Below, piece by piece: positions 33,690 through 49,112 of a stretch of 64,000 nt of DNA. Location: assembly GCF_009914755.1 (NCBI RefSeq), contig NC_060944.1. One strand, 5' to 3'. This DNA comes from the human T2T-CHM13v2.0 reference genome, Homo sapiens. The stretch's first letter is position 1. Every line of letters starts with the position of its first letter. Position numbers and translations under genes: made by a program. The notes beneath the pieces are model-generated. The model worked only from the letters and a program-made list of their open reading frames with translations. It searched no databases and was not told the DNA's origin.

Positions 33690-34390
33690 TTTGATGTGTA
33701 AAGACCTACAAGTAAATAAGACCAACAGCCTAATAGAAAAATAGGCAAATTATTTATACAGACAGTTCACAGAAAATACAAACGACTCTAAAACGTGTGA
33801 CAAGATGTTCAACCTCACTCATAAGATAAATGCAAATTAACACAACACCGAGCAACCATTTTTCAATTAAGAGATTGGCAAAGTTTGGAAAAGTGTGATC
33901 ACTCACTATGTGGGTGTAGGTGTGAGGAAACAGACACTCTCACACATTCCTGGTGGGAGAGCAAGTTGGTATAAACCCTACTGAGCAATATCTACCAGGA
34001 TGCAGGAGCCCTTTGATGCAACAATTCCACTGCCAAGAATTTCTCCGGCATTTATACCCACACGAGTGGAAACCAATGTGCAAGGAAAGTCATTGCAGCT
34101 TTGTCTCTAATAACAAGAGTTTGGAAATAAACCAAATGTTCAGTGATAGGGGTCTGGTTAAATGAACTGTGGCTCATGCAGGCAATAAAATACCATGCAG
34201 CCATAAATAAGAACTAGGTAGCTCTGTGCACCGATACAGAATTATTTCCAAGATAGAGTAAGTGAAAAAAAAAAAAAAAAGCAAAGTACAGAACAATGCA
34301 CTTTGAATAGTGCTGTATTTTTGTTTAAGGAGGCGGGAAATGTCTTTTAAGTATAGAATAGTTCTGGAAGGTACACAAAACAAGTTATAG
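33690..34390 (+). mobile_element. Old L1 (L1ME-like) 3' fragment
   Basis: agatgttcaacctcactcata...aaatgcaaattaa...caattccact. Confidence 0.65.
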
Positions 34391-34618
34391 TTGTGCTTCT
34401 GAGCTGGAGGAGTGTGTGGCTATAGAATAAAGAGGGAAGGAGACTTTCTCTGCATGATGTGTCCTAAATGTTATGTCATGAATATGAATTACAGCAGAGC
34501 AATTTTTTCAAAAACCACTATTCCAGTATTGTGGTATTTACTGAACTCTATAGACACTATCTGTTTCCATATCTGTCTGACCCCTCCAACCCCACGCCTA
34601 CTCTCAACACTCACGCTT

Positions 34619-34675
34619 ACACACACACACACACATGCACACACACACACACACGCACACACACACACACACACA
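34619..34675. repeat. (CA)n microsatellite
   Basis: Interrupted CA run. Confidence 0.95.
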
Positions 34676-34887
34676 GAATCTTGGAAAGGGAGGCTGGTTC
34701 TGACTCATTCCTACATTCCCTGGAGCTCAGCACAGCACCAAGCACAGAGCCTCCTGCCAACAATCATATGAGTGAACTATCTTGGAAACAGATCCCCCAG
34801 CCCCAGTCCAGCCTTCAGATGACTTCTCATCAGGCGTTGACTGCAGCCTCATAAGAGATCCCAAGCCAAAACCACTAAGCTAAGTTA

Positions 34888-35064
<177 letters not shown>

Positions 35065-35177
35065 TTACAATTTTTTAAATCTCAATCCTGCTTCTTCTGT
35101 ATAATTACACAGTTTTAAGTTGCTAAATTTTGGGTAATCTGTTACACGGCAGTATATAACTAATACAATCACCAAAG

Positions 35178-35536
35178 GTTTGTTTTTGTTTTTGTTTGTT
35201 GTTGTTTTGTTTTTTTGTCATTGTTGTTGTTTTGTTTTTGTTTTTGAGACCATCTCGTGCTGTCATCCAGGCTGGAGTGCAATGGGGTGAACACAACTCA
35301 CTGTTACCTCGACCTCCTGGGCTCAAGCAATCCTCCTGCCTTAGCCACCCATGTAGATGGGACAATAGGCATGCATCACCATGCTTGGCTAATTTTTAAA
35401 TTATTATTATTATTTTTGTACAGATGGGGTCTCACTTTGTTGTGTAGGTCGGTCTCAAACTCCTGGGCTCAAGCAATCCTCCCACCTCAGACTCCCAAAG
35501 TGCTAGGATTACAGGTGTGAGCCACCCTGCCCAGGC
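35178..35536 (-). mobile_element. Alu (AluJ)
   Basis: Reverse Alu consensus. Confidence 0.85.
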
Positions 35537-36371
35537 ACAATCAATAAGCCTTTATTAAGCATTTGATGTGTATCAATTCCATGGTGATTGCAAAAGAAGA
35601 AGACATGGTCCTGCCCTTAGGGGAGCAAGCCACCTGCACATTCATTCCTAGACTCATTCCTTACTTCAACCAACATTATTGAGCATTTACTATATACCTG
35701 GCTCTGTGCTTAGTGTTGACCCATAGGATGTCAGCAATTAAAATACACCATAGAGGCCTGTAGTCCCAGCTACTTGGGAGGCTGGGGTGGGAGGATCACC
35801 TGAAATCAGGAGTTCAAGGCCAGCCTGGGCAGCATAGCGAGACCTGCTCTCAAAAACAAAAATGTGTGTGTGTATATATATATATATATAGTAGGACAAG
35901 AGGGAACTTTCTAGAGTGATAAAAATGTATCTCCTAATGGGGTTTAAGTTACATAAATATATATGCATTTGTAAAAACTCAGCAAATGAACACGTAATCT
36001 TTTGCCCTTTGCCTGTAAATTTACATTAAAAGAAAATTACTGTAAACAAATATTGAAATTGAACTCCAGTTAATAATATGTGTGTTGAGGTAATTTCTTT
36101 AAAATGCATCTTAAAAGATGAATTGATAGACAGATAGATGAACAAACATGGTTAAAGCAAGTAAAATGTCAATGGTAGAATGTAAGTGGTGAGAGTAGGT
36201 ATTTTGTCGCCAAAGTCTTTAAATTTTGCTGTGTATTTGGACATTTTCATAATAAAATGTTCAGAAGGAGCAACACTTGATAACCATATATTCCAATTCC
36301 CTCATTTATTATCATTATTTTAGTTCCATAAATAAAAACAATGCATTCTAGTTAAGAAAGAAAAAAACAGC

Positions 36372-36590
36372 GAGAGAAACATCACACACCAGGGCCTGTT
36401 GGGGGATGGGGGGAAAGGGGAGGGAGAGCATTAGGACAAATACCTAATGCATGTGGGGCTTAAAACCTAGATGACAGGTTGATGGGTGCAGCAAACCACC
36501 ACGGCACATGTATACCTATGCAACAAACCTGCACGTTCTGCAAATGTATCCCAGAATTTAAAGTAAAAAGAAAGAAAGAAAAAAAAAAAC
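36372..36590 (+). mobile_element. 5'-truncated L1PA 3' end
   Basis: aacatcacacaccagggcctgttggggg...gggagggagagcattaggacaaatacctaatgcatg...aaacctgcacgttctg + A tail. Confidence 0.9.
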
Positions 36591-37339
36591 ATAGAAAAAC
36601 ACTTCCCCACCACCAATTCCAATGTTCCTTTCCTCTTCAGTGACAACCTCTGCTTCTTGTTGGCTGTTTAGCTTCCAGACTTTTATCTACGCATTTACAT
36701 ACATGTAGAGGTAAACACAAAACCATGTTATTATTTTAAAAAGGAATGTACTCTGCGATTCTGAAAGAATGTCTTGGGGATCTCTCCATGTTAATTCATG
36801 CACATCACCCCAGTTTCAAATTGCTGAGTAAGGATGTGTCTTCCTCTTTGAGATTCAGGCTCAGAGAAGAGTTTGTCAGACACACACAGCAAGTTAGAAG
36901 AGCTGGGACTCCAACCTACTCTCCTAGTCCCAGGCCTGGGCGCACCCTGCTTGAGCATGTCCACCACTGAATGAGGGGCAGGGCCACGCCCAGGCCCTTT
37001 TTTTCTGCAGAATACAGTGGGCAGGTCCAGCCCTGCCCCTGGGAGAAGACCAGCCTGGGCTTGGGTGCACCGGACCCAGGAGGAAGTCCACAAAGCGCTT
37101 CCTCTTTTCTTAGCCTCCAGAGACACTGGGGGAAGAGAAGGGGGTGTTGTGAAACTGAACAGTCCCCCAACCCCCCTGGGGGGACCCGTCAGCTGGGGGT
37201 GGCCATGCAGCTGGGGGCAGAAAAACAATTTCATGGACTCCCCCAGCACTGCCCCCGCCCCACCCCCGTCCCCACCCAGTCTCACCCCGCCCCTGAGCAG
37301 GAGGTCTGCTGCCTCTAGGATGGTACTTGGGGTAGGTAA

Positions 37340-37903
<564 letters not shown>

Positions 37904-39584
37904 CATATCACCTTTTTCAAGAAGTCCTTGCTGCACTCAGTGTCCTTCCTACTTGGTCCTACAATATCATGGGCCTATCTCTCTCTCTCTCTCTAGCAGC
38001 ATTTTCCACTCTGTATCTAAGTTATTGGTTAAATGATTGTCTCCATAATTGGATTGAAAGTTGCTTGAGGGCCAAAACGCTCTCATCCATTTTTGTGCTC
38101 CCAGACCTTGGCAGAAATGCACATGGTAGGCCCTTAATCGTATTAATGGAATTAATCAAAGAACGAAGGGTTTAGATGCCAGCACTGTCACTATCACTCA
38201 CTGGCTGTTCCTAAACTCTGAGCTTCAGTTTCTTCCTCTGTAAAATGGGCATGTGAATAGTATCTGCACGGAATTTGCAATATAGTAGAGGAGACAGAGA
38301 ATCAACAGGTGAACATACAAATATGTAACATAGTGCCTGGTGGCGACAAATTCTCTGGAGAAAAATAAGGCCGAGTGGGAGTTAAAGAAGACTGGAGGAG
38401 GGAGGAGCTTTCTAAGGGGGTCAGGGACCCCCTAGGGGCTGTTGGGCGTTTCTCAAGGGTTAGTCTCCTCTGATTTTCATTTGACCTTTTTGGGAAAGGT
38501 GGGGAGCAGTGAGCTCCTGCCTGGGAGGGTGTAGCTATGAAATAAACGCTGGCTACTTTACAAATAAAAGGGGAAATGGTTGAGCTCTGAAATAATGATT
38601 GTGGCTCTCTTTCCCATCCTTCAACATGTTTTGAATATAGAACAATCAACAGTGATCCCAAAGAATTTGAAATATGAAATGCAAATGCCCTCTGGAAATA
38701 GGAAAATACATTTTTGAAAGAGCCAACCTCTGACCCACTGTAAAGCGAAGCTTACATTGTGTTCTAGCTCCTGCCCTCCTTCCAGGACAGAGCCCTGGGT
38801 CCCTTTCTGCATTCTGCATCTCTCTCTATACTCCTCAACTTCCTGGGCACGATTACTGCATTTTGTGTAACGGTTACAAACACAGCTGTCAGAGGCACAC
38901 TGGAGGCATGTCCATGTGGGTTCTTCAAATCCCAGCTCTGGCACTTATTGGCTGTGTGACCTTGGGCAATTGCCTTTACCTGTCTGAGCAACCCTTTTAT
39001 AGTCATCCCTATTTATAAGACAGAAAATGAGATAATGTAAGTGAGGGCAACCACCTGGTGCAGGAGGTACTCTTATTCTACTATGCAGGGGAGGAAACGG
39101 GCAGAGAGAACCTGCCCAAAGTCACAGCTAGCGAGAGGCGGTCAGTCCAGCCTCTGTGCCTTTGCTCCCACGCTCTTCCACCCCTGGCCCCAGAGTCAAG
39201 TGCACACTCAGAACACCTTTCTTGACTTTTCATCCTCTAAAAATCCCAGCCAGCATCAATTCTATCTCATCCATGAAGTCTCTGATTGTATTTTCAGTTG
39301 ACTTTACTTGATTTTGTATAGCTAATACATTTAAATAGTTCAACATTCAAGAGTACAAAAGATACTATGCAGTTCCCCTCCCTGGAAGAAACCACTGGGG
39401 CTGTTTGCTATGTGTGCCCTTCTTCACTTGGCCCAGCCATATGCTAGTGTGTTTGTTCTATTATTCTGCACAAATAGTGAAATACAATAGAAGCTGTTGG
39501 ACGCCTCAATTTCTTCCCTATTTACAGCTATATTTTTGCATTGTTCTCTATTAGTACATAAGGGGCTTCCTCCTTCTTTTGTAA

Positions 39585-41990
<2,406 letters not shown>

Positions 41991-42361
41991 TTATTATTTT
42001 TGACAACTGCTTAGTATTCAATTATTTTATTAAGATTTATTTTCCCACGTCCCAAATCATGGGCATTTAGGTTATTTTCTGTCTTTTCCTAGTAAAAGAA
42101 GTGCTGCGATGATTCTCCTGTACATACTATGAATTCTTTTAGGCATTCTGATGTTTTCTCTCTCTGAGCTCCTTTAGTCGTCAGCTGCTACCACTCTGAC
42201 CCAAGCTCCCATCATCTTGCCCTTGGATGACTCTCTCCCTGCTCACTGGTTTCCCTCCTTTCCCTTTGCCCCTCCAATTCATTCTCTACCCAGCAGCCAG
42301 ACAGATCCTGTGAAAAGATAAGCCAGTTTGGCTCACTCCTCTGTTCAAAACCCTCCAACAG

Positions 42362-42658
42362 GGCTGGGCACAGTGGTTCACACCTGTAATCCCAGCACTT
42401 TTGGGAGGCTGAGGCAGGTGGACCACCTGAGGTCAGGAGTTCGAGACCAGCCTGGCTAACATGGCAAAACCCCATCTCTAGTAAAAATACAAAAATTAGC
42501 CAAGCGTGGTGGCGGGCGCCTGTAGTCCCAGATACCTGGGAGGCTGAGGCAGGAGAATCACTTAAACCTAGGCGGTGGAGGTTGCAGTGAGCCGAGATCG
42601 TGCCACTGTACACCCTGGGCGACAGAGTGAGACTCTGTCTCAAAACAAACAAACAAAA
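42362..42658 (+). mobile_element. Alu (AluS) inserted in L2
   Basis: Alu consensus; TSD aaaaccctccaacag. Confidence 0.9.
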
Positions 42659-43503
42659 CCCTCCAACAGCTCCCATCTTGTGTCAATTAAAATTTAATAT
42701 CGATACCAAGATGTCTGTGGCCTTCACAATATGACCCCACTTACTACCTCTCCAACACTGTCTCCACCACTCTTGTCTGCACCCTCTGTGTTCCAGCCAC
42801 AATGGGCTCTTTGTATTCCCTAAACACACCACGTGCTGTTGCCTCTCAGGACCTTTGCTGTTACTGGTGCTTCTGCTTGGAACACAATTCCTCCAGATTA
42901 TCACATGACTTATCTCTCCAATTCAAAAGGTCTTGCTCACATGCCACCTCCTCAGAGAAGCCTTCTCTGACCACCCTGTCTCAAGTTACACCATCGCTCC
43001 TCTCCATCCCACTACCTCTCCCCTTGACCTCCCTAGTTTTCTTATAACCCATATCATTCCCAAACATGGGATGAGTTTTCAGTATCTGTTTATTATCCAT
43101 CTTCCCCTCAATAATGTAAATTCTAAGCACATAGGAAGGAATTAATTTTGTTTATTACTGTATCCTCAGCATCAATAATAGCACATGGCACATAGTAGGT
43201 GCTCCATAAATATTTGTTGAGTGAATGAATTATCATGCCACTCCCCTGTTTATAACCATCCAATAGCGTCCCATGTATGTTAGAATAAAACCTATGCTCC
43301 TCACAGAGGCCTGCAAGGTCCTGAGTGGCCTGGCCAATTTCATGGACCTCACCTTGGGTCTCCCTCCTCTGCTAGACACAATGGGGTTCTTCAGACACAC
43401 AAAGCACCTACTTTCCTTGAGGCTTTTGTGTATTGTATTGGTTATCAAGATTGCATAATAAACTACCCCGAAGCTTAAAGGCTTGAAACAATAAGAATTT
43501 ATT

Positions 43504-43838
<335 letters not shown>

Positions 43839-44498
43839 CTACCTTCCCCTGTTAACCTGTCAAAGCCCCTGCATGGAGCCCCACCCCTTGATAGTGCTTG
43901 TTGCAAAATTCCAACCTGCCCTTATTGGTGCAACCATTTGTCCAATGCCCTCCAGTAAGTGGAAAATGCCATGAGGCCAGGGATTTCGGCTCCCTCATTC
44001 TCTGTTGTGTTCCCTAACACTCAAGACTCATTACCCAGTATGTGCCCATTATTATGTTTGTTGACCAAATGAGAGAATCAGAGACATCAAATGGCTTGCT
44101 CAAGGCTACACGTCTAGAGGTGGAAGGAGCACTAGAATCTGGGCCTTGTTACTCCTGATCTAGAATTGGCCTCCTGCCCCAGGACTCACTTGGTTCTCCA
44201 GACTTCAGTCACAGCAAAGTCCACCCTCATTTCAGAGTTCCTTTTATTCCATGTTGAAAAGGGTCCACTACCCACAGGGCAATGTCTCCTTTTTAAAGTC
44301 ATATGCTCCTTCTTTTATCTTTGGAACAAGGCAGAGTGACAAAGGTGATTTCCAAATTATACTTGAATCAGTGCCTAAGCAGCAGTTTGAAATCTTAATG
44401 ATTAGGCTGTACTAATGAAATTGACCATCTATATATAGCAAACCTAAGCACTTTACTTATATTTCATTCTCAAAATGACCCACTGAGGTAAGTAGTAG

Positions 44499-45011
<513 letters not shown>

Positions 45012-45129
45012 TGAATAATTGAGTAGACAAAATGTTTGCCACCCCCAAAGACTGGTAAGGGGGTGTTTTAGAATACAATTTGTAATTGTATAAATGTTAT
45101 TTGGTGCAAATATGGGTTAGATGGGAACT

Positions 45130-46120
45130 TTTTTTAATTGAAAAGAATGATAATGCCAAATGTTGGCAAGGATGTGGAGCAATTGGAAATCATAAATCAC
45201 TGGAGGGAATGCAAAATGGTGTAACCACTTCAAAAACCAATTTAGACCAGGCACAAAGGCTCACACCTGTAATCCCAGCACTTTGGGAGGCTGAGGCAGG
45301 CAGATGGCTTGAGCACAGGAGTTCAAGACCAGCCTGGGCAACACGGTGAGACTGTATCTCTACAAAAAAAAAAAAAATAAGCTGGGCATGGTGGTGTACC
45401 TGTAGTCCCAGCTACTCAGAGGCTGAGGTGGGAGGATCACTTGAGCTCAGGAGACAGAGGTTAAAATGAGCCAAGATCTCGCCATTGCACTCCAGCCTGG
45501 GTGACAGAGCAAGACCCTGCCTCAAAAAAAAAAAAAAAAGAAAAACAATTCAGCAATTTATTGCAAGTTAGACACACACTTGCTATATGACCCAGCAATT
45601 CCAATCCTAAGTATTTACCCGAGAGAAATAAAAATATGCCTACACAAAAACTTGTACATAAATATTTATAGCAGCTTTATTTATATAGCCCCAAATTGAA
45701 AACAACCCAAATGTCTCTCAACAAATAAATGGATAAACAAATAGTGTTACATCTATACTATGGAATACTACTCAGCAGTAAAAATGAACGAACTACTGGA
45801 ACATGCAACAACATGGAAAATCTCTGAGTAAAAGAAGACAAACACAAAAGAAACATACTGTATGACTGCATTTATGAGAAATTCTAGAAAAGACAAAGCT
45901 AATGTATAATGGCAAAAAGCCAATTGGTGCTTACCTAAGGCTACCTAAGTGTGGGAGGAGTTGACTGCAATAGGACATAAGGGAACTTTTTGGGGTGATA
46001 GAAATGTTCTATATCTTGATTGGGGTGGTGGTTACACAGGTATATATATTTGCCAAAACTCATCAAGCTGAATATTTATGATGGTAGATTTTATTCACGA
46101 AATTATGTCACGATAAAGTT
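45130..46120 (+). mobile_element. Old L1M 3' fragment with AluJ at about 45245-45546
   Basis: tgttggcaaggatgtggag...atatgacccagcaattcc...atggaatactactcagca. Confidence 0.75.
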
Positions 46121-46264
46121 GACAGAAGCTTTGGGAACATACACAAGGATTTCAATTACAGCATTACTGTCAGGACAAAACATTTGGGAAACTGTCCATG
46201 AACAGGAACATGTGTCAGCTCTCTGGCTCTTTACTATCAGAATGGCAAACTTTTGAAAGGAGAT

Positions 46265-46687
46265 GTAGCTGATGCTAATGCGGACCCTCCGATGCCCCCT
46301 GGGCCTTAAGTAAGAGCTGCACTTCTCTTCCTGGAGACCCTCTGGTGGCTGAAGCATGCACCAGGGAGGCCAAAATGCTGGAAGGTCAGTACCCCTGGAG
46401 TACCCCTCATCCGGTGTCCAACAGGAGTTGGTGTGTAAATGCCCCAGCTCCCTCGCCTGACAGGTGGAGTAACCCTGAAGTGGGTATATCTCCAGAGATC
46501 CCTGCAGAATTGAACTCCAGTTGCCCACAATGGTAACTGGCTTCATGATATTCCTTTTTACTGGCTTCCCTCCCTTCCCTGTCTCATCCACCTACTCCCC
46601 TACCAGTGTCTTCTGCATCTCCTAAATAAACTATTTTCACTTGGATCCATGTCCAGGGTCTGCTTCTGGGGAACTCAAATTAAGACC
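46265..46687 (+). mobile_element. Ancient ERVL LTR (LTR16-like)
   Basis: ccagttgcccaca...aataaacta...gggtctgcttctggggaactcaaattaagac. Confidence 0.6.
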
Positions 46688-47081
46688 AGTGGATAATACC
46701 AAGGGTTGGTAAAGATAAGGGGAAATGATGGGAGAAAGAGTGGGGCAGTGGCGATTCTGCAAACACCTGTCATTCTTGGCAAAGCAAGTACTTAACAAAA
46801 TTCTAATGTAGGACGATAAGGGGACGTGTATGAGGATGTCCACTGTGGCACTATTTACACTAGTGGGAAATTGTGTGCAATCTAGGTGTCCATGACTAGG
46901 AGAATGGATAAATAAAATGTGAAGGATGTAAACAGTGACTACACGTACAGCCGCTACCTTTGGCAACATGGCTGGATATTAACAACAGTGATGGGGGTGG
47001 CGGGAGGGAATGTACAAAAGTGAATAAGTAACATTAAACATACATTCAGAACATTATCTGTTTTTATAAAAAGCACATACA

Positions 47082-47210
47082 GACTAGGTGCAATGACTCA
47101 CACCTATAATCCCAGTACTTTGGGAGGCCAAGGCAGGAGGTTCAGTTGAGCCCCGGAGTTCAAGACTAGCCTGGGCAATACAGCAAGACCCCATCTCTAT
47201 TTTTTTTTAA
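47082..47210 (+). mobile_element. Free left Alu monomer (FLAM) abutting the 5S pseudogene
   Basis: gactcacacctataatcccagtactttgggaggcc...gaccccatctcta. Confidence 0.85.
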
Positions 47211-47213
47211 GTT

Positions 47214-47331
47214 GTCTATGCCATACCACACCGAACACATCTGATCTTGTCTGATCTTGGAAGCTAAGCAGGATCAAGCCTGGTTAGTACTTGGATGGGA
47301 GACCCCCTCAAAATAGTTAGCACTGTAGGCT
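47214..47331 (+). pseudogene. Full-length diverged 5S rRNA pseudogene
   Basis: GTCTATG-CCATACCAC...GGAAGCTAAGCAGG...GCCTGGTTAGTACTTGGATGGGAGACC...CTGTAGGCT followed by an A-rich tail; many CpG-decay changes. Confidence 0.93.
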
Positions 47332-47403
47332 AAAGAGAAGGAAAAAAGGCCCATACAGGTACATATACCAAAAACATAAGAGTAGGGTCATTGTCTTTCT
47401 CAT

Positions 47404-47611
47404 TCATGGTTCTTCCCCCCTTCCCCACCAGGGGACATTTTACAAATGTCTGGAGACATTTTGTTGTCACAACTAGGGAGGAGGATGCTATAGACAACTA
47501 GTGGGTAGAGCCCAGGAATGCTGTTAAACATCCTATCATTCACAGGACAGTCCCCCGCAACAAAGAATTACCTGGCCCAAATGTCAATAGTGCCAAATTT
47601 AAGAACCCCTG
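47404..47611. mobile_element. MER20 DNA transposon
   Basis: aatgtctggagacatttt...ctagtgggtagag...aaagaatta..ggcccaaatgtcaatagtgcc. Confidence 0.8.
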
Positions 47612-48813
47612 CATTCCCCAGCCCCCAGGACAGCTTTGCTGAATGAATTATGAATGAATGAATGAAGAAATGACTGTGGTCCTGATCAGCTGGTAGCAAC
47701 GGGAATAGAGAGACGCGGTAGAATTCTTGTAGTTTTGGAGATTTTGGAGGTGTGTTACACAGCATTTAGGGTGATAGCCCCTGTCTTTTCCAGGAGAGGG
47801 TGTGTTCTGCCCTTGCCTGGAGCTGGGCACAATCCCATCCACTTGGGGCCTCAGTCACCCTCCAGCCCGACTCCTCCCCTCCCCCGACCACCTCCCCCAG
47901 CTTGGGAGTCCTCTGAGCTGCCAGGAAGCCAGGGTGGTTCCTTCGGGCAGGGAACTTTGCATGGCCATGGTGGTTCCTTCGAGAGAGGAACTTTGCATGG
48001 TGTCTGAATGGAGCAGGCCTGCGGAAGAGAAACCGCTGACCACAGACCTGCCTGGAAGTCTCGGGCCGCGGAGTTGGGGAGGGCCGGGCCAGAAGGGAGG
48101 GGTCGGAGTGGTGGGGAAAAGAGATCACGATGCTTCCGGGGTAGGGTAAGGCCTTTCCAGGGTGGGTTGGAATCTTTGAAGACTGTGGCAGGAATCCCTT
48201 GATAGGTGGGGTTAGGATCTCTGAAGGGCAGGGTTGGAATCTTTGGACCGGCGGTATAGACCCCTGGGTATTAAAACTCTTAGGCGGCGGGAGGTTAGAT
48301 CGCGCAGGAGCAGGAGCGGTATTGGAACCCTGGGGTTTGTGTTCTAAATCTTAGGGCAGGGTTAGAATCCACTGAAGTGAGAGTTCGGATCCTTCCACTG
48401 GGCAGATTAGAATCTTTGGGGGCAAGTTGAGTTTAAAAATCCTTCAGAGGTGGGATTAAAAATCCTTTGGCGGGGCGGGGTTAGTATCTTGGGAGCCTTG
48501 GAGCGGGTGCTGGGGTTCTTAGACGGGCGGGTTCGAATCCCTAGGAGTGGGATTTGGGATCCTTTGGAGACTGGGGTAGGACGCTGGGCGGTGGGATGGG
48601 GAGGTGTTAGGGAAAGTGGAGCGGAAGGGATGGGGGTTCGCATCCTTGGTGGACGCGTTAGAAGCCTCCTATGGATGGTGCTAATATTTTTTTTCTCTTC
48701 GTGGAGGGTTTGGGATCCTTCTTGCAGGAGACGGAGGTTATGACCCTCGGGGAGCCGGTTAGGATCCTGGGGTGGCGTCTGAATCTTCGGGGAGGTGTTA
48801 GGACACTTGGGGC

Positions 48814-49112
48814 GGAGTTAGCCTCGCTCAGGGCGCGGCTAAGGCGCCCAGATGGCCTGCGGGCGCCACCACGTCCCTGGTCCCAGCTCGGGAGCACATC
48901 AGAGGCTTAGAGGCGAGTGGGAAGGGACTCAGACAGTGCAGGACGAGAAACGCCCGCGGCACCAAAGCCCCTCAGAGCGTCGCCCCCGCCTCTAGTTCTA
49001 GAAAGTCAGTTTCCCGGCACTGGCACCCCGGAACCTCAGGGGCTGCCGAGCTGGGGGGGCGCTCAAGCTGCGAGGATCCGGGCTGCCCGCGAGACGAGGA
49101 GCGGGCGCCCAG
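48814..49112 (+). other. HCK: HCK exon 1 (5' end approximate, likely multiple TSSs)
   Basis: Ends at consensus donor CCCAG|gtgagt (49113); encodes the p61 N-terminus. Confidence 0.8.
49051..49112 (+). CDS. HCK: HCK tyrosine kinase, first coding exon of the CUG-initiated p61 isoform (MGGRSSCEDPGCPRDEERAPR..., partial; remainder beyond window)
   Basis: gccgagCTGG in good context translates to GGRSSCEDPGCPRDEERAP, the known N-terminal extension of p61Hck; phase-2 donor. Confidence 0.92.

Noticed and set aside
48135-48825. CRISPR-like array or other prokaryotic system
   Set aside because: Eukaryotic Alu-rich DNA; repeats are degenerate, lack unique spacers, and no cas or bacterial genes are present
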